64,000 nucleotides of DNA from positions 265,794,001 through 265,858,000 of the forward strand of contig NW_027362767.1 of the NCBI RefSeq assembly GCF_046119375.1, written 5' to 3'. The notes under the pieces were generated by a model. It did not search any database. It was not told the DNA's origin and saw nothing but the letters and a program-made list of their open reading frames with translations. The DNA is from Phyllobates terribilis. Its lineage: Eukaryota. Positions 22,081 through 35,600 of the stretch are shown here, in pieces. Position 1 is the stretch's first letter, and each line of letters opens with the position of its first letter. Made by a program: the position numbers and the translations under genes.

Positions 22081-25000
22081 CGCTGCCCAGCTCACACTGT
22101 GCGGCCTGTACGTGCGGCTTCTGCCCAACTAATGTGCCGGATAAATGCAGCATTCTTAGGTTTTTTTTGCAATGTTTAATATACCTCTGCTGGCTGTCAG
22201 TGACTAGAAGCAGTCCACCCGATCCGTCTCACTGCTGTCTCCAGTCATAGTAAGAGGAGCCAGCGTGATCCGGGGGATCTGCCACAAGGTCCATCCATCA
22301 GCCCTAAGTGGGGCTGCGTACACAGCGCCGACCACTGACCATGAGCCGTGTAGATGTCACCGTCAGTCTTTTGACAGCAGCGTTTAGATGGGTCCCAGCA
22401 GCCGGGGATGTCGCTGCCAGCTCTGCCATTTACCTTCACACGGCTCCGTCCACGGAAATAAAGGGGTGCCGAGATCCGAAACTTTTTTATTTTCATATGG
22501 ATGGGACCCGTCTCTGTGAGATCTGACTGTCAGGGATGGGGCTGAGCGAGCACCGCAGGATGGGACCCGCCTCTGTGAGATCTGACTGTCGGATGGGGCT
22601 GAGCGAGCACTGCAGGATGGGACCCGCCTCTGTGAGATCTGACTGTCAGGGATGGGGCTGAGCGAGCACTGCAGGATGGGACCCGCCTCTGTGAGATCTG
22701 ACTGTCAGGGATGGGGCTGAGCGAGCACCGCAGAATGGGACCCGCCTCTGTGAGATCTGACTGTCAGGGATGGGGCTGAGCGAGCACCGCAGGATGGGGG
22801 ACCTGCCTCTGTGGGATCTGACTGTCAGGGATGGGGCTGAGCGAGCACCGCAGGATGGGGGACCTGCCTCTGTGGGATCTGACTGTCAGGGATGGGGCTG
22901 AGCGAGCACCGCAGGATGGGACCCGCCTCTGTGAGATCTGACTGTCAGGGATGGGGCAGAGTAAGCACCGCAGGATGGGACCCGCCTCTGTGAGATCTGA
23001 CTGTCAGGGATGGGGCTGAGCGAGCACCGCAGGATGGGACCCGCCTCTGTGAGATCTGACTGTCAGGGATGGGGCTGAGCGAGCACTGCAGGATGGGACC
23101 CGCCTCTGTGAGATCTGACTGTCAGGGATGGGGCAGAGTAAGCACCGCAGGATGGGACCCGCCTCTGTGAGATCTGACTGTCAGGGATGGGGCTGAGCGA
23201 GCACTGCAGGATGGGACCCGCCTCTGTGAGATCTGACTGTCAGGGATGGGGCTGAGCGAGAACCGCAGGATGGGACCCGCCTCTGTGAGATCTGACTGTC
23301 AGGGATGGGGCTGAGCGAGCACTGCAGGATGGGACCCGCCTCTGTGAGATCTGACTGTCAGGGATGGGGCTGAGCGAGCACCGCAGGATGGGACCCGCCT
23401 CTGTGAGATCTGACTGTCAGGGATGGGGCTGAGCGAGCACCGCAGGATGGGGGACCTGCCTCTGTGAGATCTGACTTTCGGGGATGGGGCAGAGTGAGCA
23501 CCGCAGGATGGGACCCGCTTCTGTGAGATCTGACTGTCAGGGATGAGGTTGAGCGAGCACCGCAGGATGGGATCCACTTCTGTGAGATCTGACTGTCAGG
23601 GATGGGGCTGAGCGAGCACTGCAGGATGGGACCCGCCTCTGTGAGATCTGACTGTCAGGGATGGGGCTGAGCGAGAACCACAGGATGGGACCCGTCTCTG
23701 TGAGATCTGACTGTCAGGGAGGAGGCTGAGTGAGCACCGCAGGATGGGATCCACCTCTCTGAGATCTGACTTTCAGGGATGGGGCAGAGTGAGCACCGCA
23801 GGATGGGACCCGCTTCTGTGAGATCTGACAGGGATGGGGTTGCCCCTATAAGAGATGAGATTTGTTCTTGTGGGGTCTTCTGGCTCGGATTGAAGATCTG
23901 TGTGTACCTGATGCTCCACATTCCTTACCTGTGAGTCAGGGCATGCTGGGAGTTGTAGTTTTGCAGCAGTTGTGGAGCCACAGAACTCCGCTGCCTCCTG
24001 ACTACTCCGCATGAGGCAGAATAAATAAGGAAGTCGGCCTCAGGTTTATCAGATGTGGCACAAGCCCTGGACTTCCCCAAACAGGCAGTGGCCAGGAGGG
24101 GGTGTAGATTCGAGCAGGGGCTGTGGGTGTCAGTTACTGCTGTTTATTGTCTTGTGGGACCTCAGCTATAATTGGGCTCCTGCTTTATCCTCCATGCTGT
24201 ACACTGCAGCTCTGCTTGGTCTGTTTGACTTCTCTGTAAGCAGAAGCTTAGGGTCAGATAGTCACAGGGCTCGGGTGTGTATGAGCCTCTAGTGTAGTCA
24301 CTGCTGGGGAATTCTGAGGTTTCGTCACTTTGTTGCCGTTTCTATTGCTGTGCAATAACAAATACAGAAGTCGCTCCTGTGACAAAGTGCAAACAATCCT
24401 GTCTGCTGTCACGTGTGTGATTTGTACACCTGGGTGTGTGTCCTGTGGGCCTTCTACAGGGCCGTACTCTGCACTATCTACAGCCTCTAGATGGCGCCAG
24501 GTCATACTACAATCCCCATAGGTAAATGCTGGACCAACTGCTGCACTTCTCTGCTGCTGTTTACTCATGCTGACCAGCTCTGTGTATCATTCATTACTCT
24601 ACAGAGACAGTCACTGAATTACATCCTGAATTATACTCCAGAGCTGCACTCAACATTCTGCTGGTGGAGTCAAATGAAACACCGTGACTGCACTAGCAGA
24701 ATAGTGAGCGCAGCTCTGGGGTATAATATAGGATAAGTAATGCATGTACACAGTGACTGCACCAGCAGAATAGGGAGTACAGCTCTGGAGTATAATACAG
24801 GATGTAACTTAGGATCATTAGTGTATGTACACAGTGATTCTTTCTTGAAGATTTATTCTTTGTGATTGAAGGCCAACCCCTCTAATTTGTCAGGGCAGCT
24901 TTCTAGTCATTGCCAGTGTTGTGCTCCTCCATACACAGAAGTGTGAGTTCTGCTCTGAGTGTTGCCAGCGTGTGACGCCTTGGTACTAATAATATGAGTT

Positions 25001-28000
25001 TCTTATTGTATTGATGGCTCTTTGTGTTTGTGTCTTACAGGCCGTTATTGCAGCTCAGAGACGAGGTGATGCGCTGGAGACTTCCAAGAAATGTAAGTTG
25101 CATCGGGGGTGGGGATGTTTGCCCATTGTATGCCAAAAGTTTCACCCCATTACCAAAGTTAGTACACCCCTCTGCTATATACTCTTAGCTACAGCCAGCA
25201 TGGTCTCAGTAGACGGTCGGGCTGTGGCCTGTATAGACGTTTCTAATAGATGTATTAGTTTGGATCTATGTTATCTGCAGCCGGATCCATAGGATGAGCA
25301 TGAGGGAAGTCAGTGAGGTGCTCCACGTCTTCCCCCGCTGTGATGTTGTAGGGCCGCAGTTTCTTTTCTGGACATATCTGACATTATCACTGCGTCCCCA
25401 GGGTCTGCAGGACAGAACAAGCAGCACGTCATAACCAAGAACACAGCCAAGCTGGACCGAGAGACGGAAGAGCTGCACCATGACAGAGTGACTCTGGAAG
25501 TGGGCAAGGTCATCCAGCAGGGCCGCCAGACCAAGGGCCTAACACAGAAGGACCTGGCCACGGTAAGGACTTGGGATCTTAAGGGGCAGGTTGTATTTTG
25601 TATTGATCGTAAAATGGCTTAGTAGATCATTTAGGAGTAGAGAGATGAGGGTCACAACCCTGAGCTTTCAGATTACGCTCACTGATCACTGGCAGCTTAT
25701 TCTATAGCCTGTACTGTGATACACAGAAGATGTAGAAGACCATTGCTACAAGATGATTAACCACTTCGCACCAGAGCCTGTTTTTGCCTTCGTGACCGGG
25801 CCAATTTTTACATTTCTGACCACTGTCACTTTATGAGGTAATTACTCTGGAATGCTTCAACGGATCCCCCTGATTCTGAGACTGTTTTTTCGTGACATAT
25901 TGTACTTCATGATAGTGGTAACATTTCTTCGATATCACTTGCGTTTATTTGTGAAAAAATCGGAAATTTGGCGAAAATTTTGCAATTTTCAAACTTTGAA
26001 TTTTCATGTCCTTAAATCAGAGAGATATGTCACACAAAATAGTTAATAAATAACATTTCCCACATGTCTACTTTACATCAGCACAATTTTGGAACCCAAA
26101 TTTTTTTTTGTTAGGAAGCTATAAGGGTTAAAAGTTGACCAGCGATTTCTCATTTTTCCAACAAAATTTACAAAAACATTTTTTTAAGGACTACATCTTA
26201 TTTGAAGTGACTTTGAGGGGCCTTTATGACAGAAAATACCCAATAGTGACACCATTCTAAAAACTGCACCCCTCAAGGTGCTCAAAACCACATTCAAGAA
26301 GTTTATTAACCCTTCAGGTGCTTCACGGGAATTTTTGGAATGTGGAAGAAAACAATGAACATTTAACTTTTTTTCACAAAAATGTTACTTTAGACCCAAT
26401 TTTTTTTATTTTCACAAGGGTAACAGGAAAAAATGGAATACACAATTTGTAGTGCAATTTCTAATGAGCACGCTGATTCCCCATATGTGGGGGGAAAACC
26501 ACTGTTTGGGTGCACGGCAGGGCTCGGAAGGGAGGGAGCGCCATTAGACTTTTTGAATATAAAATTTGTTTGAATAATTAGCGGACGCCATGTTGCGTTT
26601 GGAGAGCTCCTGATGTGCCTAAACAGTGGAAACCACCCGCAAGTGACACCATTTTGGAAAGTAGACCCCTTAGGGATCTTATCTAGATGTGTGGTGAGCA
26701 CCTTGCACCCCCAGGTGCTTCATAGAAGTTTATAATATTGAGCTGTAAAAATAAAATTTTCACATTGTTCCCACAAAAACGTTTTTCATCCCTTCATTTT
26801 GCATTATCATAAGGGTAATAGGATAAATTGCACCATGAAATTTGTTGTGCAGTTTCTCCTGAACACGCCGATACCCCATATGTGGAGGCAAACCACTATT
26901 TGGGTACACTGCAGGGTTCGGAAGGGAAGGAGCACCATTTGACTTTTTGAATGTAAAATTTGCTTGAATAATTAGCGGACGCCATGTTGCATTTGGAGAG
27001 CTCCTGATGTGCCTAAACAGTGGAAACCCCCCGCAAGTGACACCATTTTGGAAACTAGACCCCTTAGGGAACTTATCTAGATGTGTGGTGAGCACCTTGT
27101 ACCCCCAGGTGCTTCACAGAAGTTTATAATATTGAGCAGTAAAAATAAAATTTTCACATTTTTCCCACAAAAAATGTTTTTCATCCCCTAATTTTGCATT
27201 ATCATAAGGGTAACAGGATAAATTGCACCATGAAATTTCTTGTGCAATTTCTCCTGAGTACGTCGATACCCCATATGTGGGGGAAAACCACTGCTTTGGT
27301 GTACGGCAGGGTTCGGAAGAGAAAGGAGCGCTATGTTGGCTGGGATAGGTTGCAGACACCATGTCATCTAGGGAAGTAGTGAGTATTTTTTAATTTTTAA
27401 ATTTATACCATTGGGCAGTGAAAAAAAACATAATTATATTTTTACCACAAAAAAATAATGTTTTACCCTCAGATTTTACATTTTCACACAGGGCAATGGG
27501 TAAAAATGGTGCCAAAATGTGTCACACAATTTCTTCTAAAAGTGTCAATACCCCATATGTGGCTGTATCGTACCGCTCAGCCATACGGTGAGATCTGGGG
27601 GGGACGGAGCGCTATTTGACAATTGGAGAACAAATTATTGTAGAATAGGCATTTGGATTTGGGAGCACAAAATTTTCTGAATTTCTTTTGGGGGGCAAGG
27701 GCCATTTCGCTTTTCCAGAGCCTTTCTGCTACCAGTAACTTGGAAGTCCCTTATATTTTTAACAGATGACGGACCTGAGTGGGGACTAGCTTTTTTTGAG
27801 GACAGAGTTGAAGCTTTTATTGGGAATATTTTACGTAACATTTATCCGGCGCTCGAGGCTGAGCACTTACATCGGGGTTTCCATCTAAATTTCCAAGTGA
27901 TGTAATTCAGATGAAACCCCTGCAGGATCCATTCACTGTAATGAGGCAGCAGAGTTACTCTGGACTCCGTCTGGCCTCTGTTTAGCGGTGTCCTTTTTTT

Positions 28001-31000
28001 TTCAGAAATGCACAAAACTGTGGCCAACTGCACTTTTATGCTCGCCTTAAAAAAACTGACACCATGGGATCACAGGCCAGATGGCATCCACAATGGCCTA
28101 TATCTGCCTCATTACAGGGAATCTTCCGTCATGGGTTCGGTCTGATTCACGTATTTCAGAGATTTACACGGAAACTCTGGTGTAAGTGCTCAGCGCAGAG
28201 CGCAGGATAAATGTGAGCAGAGCCTTACTGTGATCTTTGGGAGACATAATAAACAAATCAGTAACAGGTGAAGAATTGGTTTTATTTATTTTTTACGCCG
28301 TTCCTCGTGCGAAGTGATGAAATTACTTTATTCTTTGGGTCGATGCGATTACAGAGATACCAGATTTATATTGGGTTTTTATGATTGACAGCTGTCACAC
28401 ACTAAGAGACGCTTTTTTTTGCAAGATCTAGTTTTTGCATCGCCATATTTTGAGAGCTATAATTTTTCCATATTTCAGCCGACCGAGTCATGTGACGGCT
28501 TGTTTTTTGCGGGACGAGTTGACGTTTTTATTGGTACCATTTTTGGGTACGTGACCTTTTTTGGGAGGTAAAATTAACAAAAAACAACAATTCAGGAATT
28601 GTTTTTTGAGGGGTTTTTTTATGCCGTTCTGCGTGTGGTAAAAGTGATCAGGCAGCGTTATTCTTCGGGTCAGTACGTTTACAGCGATACTACACTTACT
28701 GTATATTTTTTTTATGTTTTGGCGCTTTTACACAATAAAACAATTTTATAGAAAAAATATTTTTTTTGCATCGCTTTATTCTGAGAGCTATAACTTTTTT
28801 ATTTTTCGGCTGATGGAGCTGTATGGCGGCTTTTTTTTTTGCGGAACTAGATGACGTTTTCAGCGGTACCATTTTTATTTCCAATTTACTTTTTGATTGC
28901 ATTTTTTTCCACTTTTTGTTTGGCGATATGAAAAAGCATAGTTTTTTGCTCCTTTTTTTATTTATTTTTATTACGGTGTGCACAGAAGGAGTTAATTAGT
29001 GTGACAGTTTTATAGATCGGGTTGTTTCGGACGCGGCGATACCAAATGTGTACTTTTTTTGTTTTTGCATAAATATACGGATTTATTGATTTAATATTTT
29101 ATTTATTTATTTTTATTTATTTTGTGGGGGTTTTTTTAACAGTTTGAAAACATTTTTTTGACTATTTTTTTACATTTTTACTTAGTCCCTGTATAGGACA
29201 TTCATTTTTATTTTTCTAATCACTGTTCTCATGCAATGCAATAGACATGTATTGCATTGGATGAGATCTTTGCTGACCGTTTTACACTGTCTGTCTCCTG
29301 CTAGAGTTCAGCTGCAGGCTGAGCCTAGCAGGACACCATATATGGCAGATCCGGATGTGGTCATGTGACCTCCGGCTGCCATAACAACGGCAGGCCCTGG
29401 AAGACATCAGGGGGCCATCGGAGAGGTAAGTTGACGACCCCCTCTCCTCTCACTATCTTCTATATGCCGCGATCACTATAGATCGCGGCATATAGAAGAT
29501 AGCAAAGGGTTAACATCATTGGGACCTGATCCAATCAGGTCCCGATGATGTCCCCTGTCAGAGCTATCGCTCTGCACCGGAACCGCAGCGCTTGCAGGGC
29601 CCTGGGGGTCCTAAGCGCTGCGGGACCACCCACCGTTTTTAAACGTCGGCGCTGCACAGAGCCCAGGCAGGACCGACTTTTATCTACAGTGGGCCGTCCT
29701 GAACCGGTTAATGAAACGGAAGGAGGGTGGGGGGGTGACTGCGGTGGAGCGTGGTCACAGGAGTTTGGCGGCCGCAGTAGTGGGGTGATGCTGTGGGCCC
29801 TGCGATCTCAAAGAATGTCGACCAGCCCTNNNNNNNNNNNNNNNNNNNNNNNNNNNNNNNNNNNNNNNNNNNNNNNNNNNNNNNNNNNNNNNNNNNNNNN
29901 NNNNNNNNNNNNNNNNNNNNNNNNNNNNNNNNNNNNNNNNNNNNNNNNNNNNNNNNNNNNNNNNNNNNNNNNTCCTTGTGCTGCACGAGGCGGCTATTTG
30001 ATGACATAGGCTGCTTCTGCCAAGACTAAGTTGTCAGACTAGGATTCTTATGCTACCTTATGGTTGTTATTATCTTGGTTTCTTCTATTATATGTTTTTT
30101 GTATTGATAATTTTAGTATATTAGAGATTGCAGTTGCCATCAATTTTAACATATTTCTGTTAAAAGTTATCTTTTTGATGTATTATGGAATATATAGAAA
30201 TGGCAATCTCCTATGAAGCCCGGCCACAGTCCCCATCCCACTTGAAGTTAAAGATGGTGGCCGGCGCGAGCTCTGATCTCTGCGGTGGTGGTGGCGGCGG
30301 CGGCAGCCAGTGCTCGCTCTGATCTCTCCTGCGGTGGGGGCCAGCGCTCGCGCTGATCTCTTTGGTGGGGGTCAGTGCTTGCTCTAATCTTTGCTGTGGT
30401 GGTTGTGGCGAACGGCACTCACTCTGATCTCGGTGGTGGCCAGCGCTTGGTCTGATCCCTTCTGTGGTGGCGGCTGCCAGCGCTTGCTCTGATCTCTGTG
30501 ATGGCGGTGGCTGCCGGTGCTCGCTCTGATCTCTGCTGTGGTGGTGGCGGCGGCGGCGGCCAGTACTCACTCTGATATCTGTGGTGGGGGTCAGTGCTGG
30601 CTCTGATCTTTGCTGTGGTGGTTGTGGCGAACGGCACTCACTCTGATCTCGGTGGTGGCCAGCGCTTGGTCTGATCCCTTCTGTGGTGGCGGCTGCCAGC
30701 GCTTGCTCTGATCTCTGTGATGGCGGTGGCTGCCGGTGCTTGCTCTGATCTCTGCTGTGGTGGTGGCGGCGGCGGCCAGTACTCACTCTGATATCTGTGG
30801 TGGGGGTCAGTGCTGGCTCTGATCTTTGCTGTGGTGGTTGTGGCGAATGGCACCCACTCTGATCTCGGTGGTGGCCAGCGCTTGGTCTGATCTCTTCGAT
30901 GGTGGTGACGGCCAGCGCTTGCTCTGATCTCTGTGATGGCGGTGGCTGCCGGTGCTCTCTCTGATCTCTGCTGTGGTGGTGGTGGCCAATGCTCACTCTG

Positions 31001-31932
31001 ATCTCTGTGGCGGGGGTCAGTGCTCGCTCTGATCTTTGCTGTGATGGTTGTGGCGAACGGCACCCACTCTGATCTCGGTGGTGGCCAGCGCTTGGTCTGA
31101 TCTCTGCAGTGGTGGCGGCGGCGGCCAGCGCTTGCTCTGATCTCTGCTGTGGGTTCCGGCATTTGCTCTGCCCGCTACTATGGTGGTGGCGGCTGGTGCT
31201 CGCTATATAACCCGTGCATGTAGAGAGTCCCTGGTCCAGCAGTTGTCAGTCAGTATTTTGTGGTTGTCAAATGTGAACTCTGCAAACCGCCTCCTACCTG
31301 TGGGCATCCCTGGCAGGTGGGTACTAAAAAGTAGAGGCTACCAGCTTGTAGTAAGTGGCTTGCAGGACTCCTTTCTGGCAGCCGCTAGACCATAGTCCTG
31401 CAAATCGATTTGCCCTTCTTATGCATACATACATAGCAGATTTTGCTATTTACTGGCAGGAGAGAAAGGGGATAGCCGGTGAGTTTGCCATAAGTTTATT
31501 GTGTGAATACCCCATTAAAGGGGGCATCCGTGTTATTAATCGTCAATCGCCCCTTATATCTTCTGGTCTCTTTTCATGTACAGAGAATCAATGAAAAACC
31601 GCAGGTGATCGCCGACTACGAAAGTGGAAAAGCGATTCCAAGCAACCAAGTCATGGGGAAGATTGAGCGAGCCATAGGTAAGTGTCGTGAATGCGCAGGA
31701 ACCGGCTCCAACATTGTTATATTTGCCTTTATTTGAATCTGGCCCCAGAGCCTGCACCACATCTGGGGTACAAGCTCCCCCACCATGAACTCCTCAGCTG
31801 TATTAACTGTCTGATACCTGGGAGGTGTTTGCATTATTAAAAGTTCTGCTCTCTGATTCTTGTCTTTCAGGTCTCAAGCTGCGGGGGAAGGATATTGGAA
31901 CACCCCTCGAAATAGCTCCTAAAAAGAAATGA
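21958..31932 (+). CDS. EDF1: Endothelial differentiation-related factor 1 (MBF1), 148 aa
   Basis: Exons 21958-22035, 25041-25092, 25402-25562, 31584-31677, 31871-31932 (447 nt). [26 protein letters not shown]...[16 protein letters not shown]...[50 protein letters not shown]. Confidence 0.98.
22500..23840. repeat. 59-bp GC-rich minisatellite, about 22 copies, EDF1 intron 1
   Basis: Unit GGGATGGGGCTGAGCGAGCACCGCAGGATGGGACCCGCCTCTGTGAGATCTGACTGTCA. Confidence 0.95.
25757..29711. mobile_element. ~3.95-kb non-autonomous TTAA-flanked DNA transposon (piggyBac-type termini) with internal ~394-bp repeats
   Basis: TTAA-CCACTTC at 25757 and GAACCGG-TTAA ending at 29711. Internal direct repeats such as GTGACACCATTTTGGAAA(G/C)TAGACCCC near 26643 and 27037. 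No transposase ORF seen. Confidence 0.7.
29830..29972. other. Assembly gap (143 N) in EDF1 intron 3
   Basis: Run of N. Confidence 1.
30250..31190. repeat. GC-rich ~36-bp degenerate repeat (CTCTGATCTC core) with a near-exact 219-bp duplication
   Basis: 30419-30637 and 30638-30856 are almost identical; more diverged copies follow. Confidence 0.85.
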
Positions 31933-32684
31933 AAATAAAGCCTCGAAATCAGTGTACCCCCGCTGATCTCGCCCAGTCCCTCTCCGGAGCAGACTGGCTC
32001 CTTACATTGCCAAGCTGAACACATGGGGGTTATTGGATAATAAACCAGATGGGACAATGATCACAGTCTCTTACCTGCCTGAAAATGAGAATTAGCGCAT
32101 TTCTTCCAGATTAAAAAAAAACAAAACACAAGGTTCCTGCCAAGAACGGCACTTAACCACCTCCGGGCAGGAACGGGCTGGCTAGCCGTGAGATTCGGTG
32201 GTTCTCTTTAGTTGGTTTTTCCCACGGGAAGGTGGGGTTGCTTTTTTTTTTTTTTTTCTCTCCAGCAGCGAGGAGGCTCCGTCCTTCCGGTTCTAAGTTC
32301 TCACATCTTTTCTTGTATGTAATTGTAAAATAAAATTATCTTCCTTCACCGATGATTTCTTAACTACTTCCCTGCAAACCATTGCAGCACTGTATCCACA
32401 GTGTACGCTGGGATCAGTTGTGAGGTCCCATCTTGATGGCTGCCTACACCCTCTGTCATCCACTACAAGGGGAGTTACAGTCACGGTGTAGCTTGCTGTG
32501 CTACCACCTGTATGTATATATGTCCCTAGCACCCAGATAATCTGTAGGTATACGCATGGACCTGATGCACAGCAACAGACGCTTACACGGACAGGTTTTA
32601 TTTGTGATAAATGGGCAGTAAAGCATGGACATATTTTGCAGCTGTGGTTTGAAGGCAGCACATGGGAGATATTTACTACTTTAT

Positions 32685-35600
32685 TCAGCTATCTGAAGAA
32701 TCTATGTCGTAAGTCACGTTATCGAAACTCTCGATGTCGTCGGCTTGTTCAGGCAGTGACGGTGCGCTCTGCACACTCCTTCTCCATCTGCGGTACAGGA
32801 GGAAGATCAACAGCAGGCACAGCACAACGATGATCACTCCAATGACGATGGCCCAGGTCCGTCCCGAATTGTCTGTACCTGGAAGAACACATGCACACAT
32901 ACTGGAAGGAGCGAGTAGCGAAGGTGAATGATCATCCCTAGGAAATTCTTTAATTATAAAGTAAGGGAAAATGGCAAACAAATCCAACTGCAGTGAAAAG
33001 GTGGAAAAAAAATGCAAATCTGCCATTGGTTTGCCCAGATCTGTGGGTGAAGGGTCCTGTCCTAGATATTGGCCTTCAGGGGGGTCTCCTTTAGTCCTAA
33101 GCAAATGTGCATCCTAAGGCTTGGCACTTACCTTTCTGTATCTCTACAGTGTTGCATAGCCTGTCCAGGGTGTACGTCAGATCATCCAGCGCGATGACGG
33201 CGGTGTGCGGGCGACTGCCCTTCGTTACTTCAAATATAATCTGTAAAGAGGCAGAACATGAGACAACCTCACACAACAGTGGCCTCACTACCAACAGACG
33301 GTGATAGGCATCCACACCTGATACTCCCCAGTGCTGTTGAGCTGCAGCTTTTCTTCCTGCCAGTCCCCGCTGTGATAGCCGTGTAGTGCCCAGACGGGCA
33401 GAAGGCCCTGAGCTCCAGCCACGTACAGGACCAGCTCCCCCAGATCTGCAAACGAAAGAGGAGCTTGAAAGGGAAAACTTACAGATCTGGTATAGTTAGC
33501 TCTAGTATAGGGCCTGCGGGGGGAGAAGGGGGATAGAGCAATAATTAGGACGTCGGTATAGGAATCGCTGCCTGGTAATGTTCTGTGGATGGGTATAGTG
33601 AGGAATGATGGCTGCCTGCTGGTGTACAGGGGATCTGGGGACTTACGGAAATGGGCCGAGGAGTCCGTGCGGTAAGAGAAGGTGAAGCAGGATCCAGCAG
33701 TCGCTGACAGATGCTCACTGAGCAGCCAGGCGGAGGCCCCCTCTGTGTGCAGCGCCCCTGTATCCACAAAGGCGTAGTGTCCTGCAGGGGGAGATATTAA
33801 AGGGGCTTTGTAGATTTAGGTCACTAGGGTGGGATGCTCTGATTACAGATTCTGTGGGCATTACCCTCTGCAGAGCCCAGGCTGCGGTCCTTCTCCGGAG
33901 CAGCACTAGGCCTATTTATGGCCGCCCCATTCGTCCAATCCCAATCGTACGTATCCATGAGTGGAATGCGGACGTTGGTCCAAGAACAAGACCCCCATTC
34001 AAAGTCACATGATGCTGCGAAAGCGAACGGTTTATTGCAGTTAATACTCTGTCAATTCACTAGCATCTAGTTATACCTTCCCTGAATGCAGCTCCCCTGC
34101 CTCATCGATGGGAGTACGGTGATGAATGGATGGCAGGCTGCCGGACTGGGTACATGTATGAGGGGGGAGGGGAGAGAAATCAGTTACCTGTATTATATAG
34201 TTGGATATGGTACCTGATTCATGACAACGGTGATGACCGGTGTGAATGTCATCGATGGCGATGTAAGCGTGCTCACCGCCTGCACCGACCGCTTCCAAGA
34301 GCAACTGCAAGGAGGACAGACAGAGTCAGCTCACAACTAGGGAGAGGATGCATAGCACCCTGTACTCCGGGTGGGAGATACACGCTCTGCTCACACTGGG
34401 GTGACCGCGTGGCTACCTGCGTTTCCATGTCATTATTTCAAGGCGCTGTCCAGGATTAACCACGCCACCACCACAACTCCGCAGAGGGTTTCTGCTACTG
34501 CAGCTCGGCTTTATTACAATGCCAGGAGCGGAGCTGCACTACCAGACGCTGGTTCTGCCATACGAACACTCCGCACCATGAGACGTATCTGCGTTACCTT
34601 CCACTGCACCTCGGCCTGCAGAGCCGCGCTGCCGTACCGCCAGCTGCCAGGTTTTGCGTCTGAAATCCTAAATATTTCCCTCTTCACTTTCTTCTTTCCG
34701 GTGTCCTCCTCAATAGATACGATCAATGTTCCTGCCGATTTCAAAAAGACAATTTGTGCATAATTACTATTTAAGTTCTGTACAATCGCTGGGTACCAGC
34801 ACATGGTTCTGGGCCATTAGGAGCATGCGATGATGCCAGGCTGCTGTAATAGTGTGGCTGCAGCTCATATACTGACCTGGGCTGGTGCCCCCCATCTGGT
34901 ACCAGAAGCTCAGGCAGCCATGGTCCGGGTGGGCATTGTACACGCTGGATGTTAGAGTTGCAGTCGACTTCCTGGGCAGGTTACTGGAGCTGGTATCCAC
35001 CGCCATGTAATGCCCTGTGGATGCCAACATACATATAGCAGTGTCCGTACCGCCCCGATCAGCTGCTGTCTGCGCCGGAGTAGCCCTTACCTGTAAAACT
35101 CTGCAGGGTGTGATCACGAGCCAGGCCCGGCTGGTGGCTGAAGGGGACGGTCTGGTGTAACCGCCACATATATGGCCCCTGGGAGGAAAAGCCACAGGTT
35201 CCAGCCTCAAAAGAGCAGTGGGAGGGCGCTGCACAGGGTCCGCTCCTCACCGCAATGTCGTCGATAGCGATGTGGCCAATGGAACCGTCACGCACTGCTT
35301 CAAAGATCAGCTGAGACAAGAATAAAGATCGGTGGCCATTCATTAGCGCACACAGCGATCCGTAATACATCTGTAATAGATGGCTCAGTGCACATGGGCT
35401 GCCACGTTCTCACAAGCACAGGACAAGAATGAGGATTTCACTTCACTCCTTGGGTGATTGGCAGATTATTGGGAAGTGCCATCAAACTATGACCCTGCAC
35501 CCAAACAGCGGCCCCCAGTGTTCATGAAGGAAAGTGCCACCCGGTCACATACCTGGTACTTCTTACTCGCCAGTGTAACCGTTTCCCGATGCCACCGATT

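Noticed and set aside
22500-23840. Regular repeat arrays resembling CRISPR
   Set aside because: No unique spacers, no cas genes, eukaryotic intron; these are minisatellites.
29545-30029. ORFs containing X runs
   Set aside because: They span the N gap; artefacts.
30211-31162. His/Arg/Pro-rich ORFs of 261 and 174 aa
   Set aside because: Translations of a tandem repeat in EDF1 intron 3; no splice or homology support.
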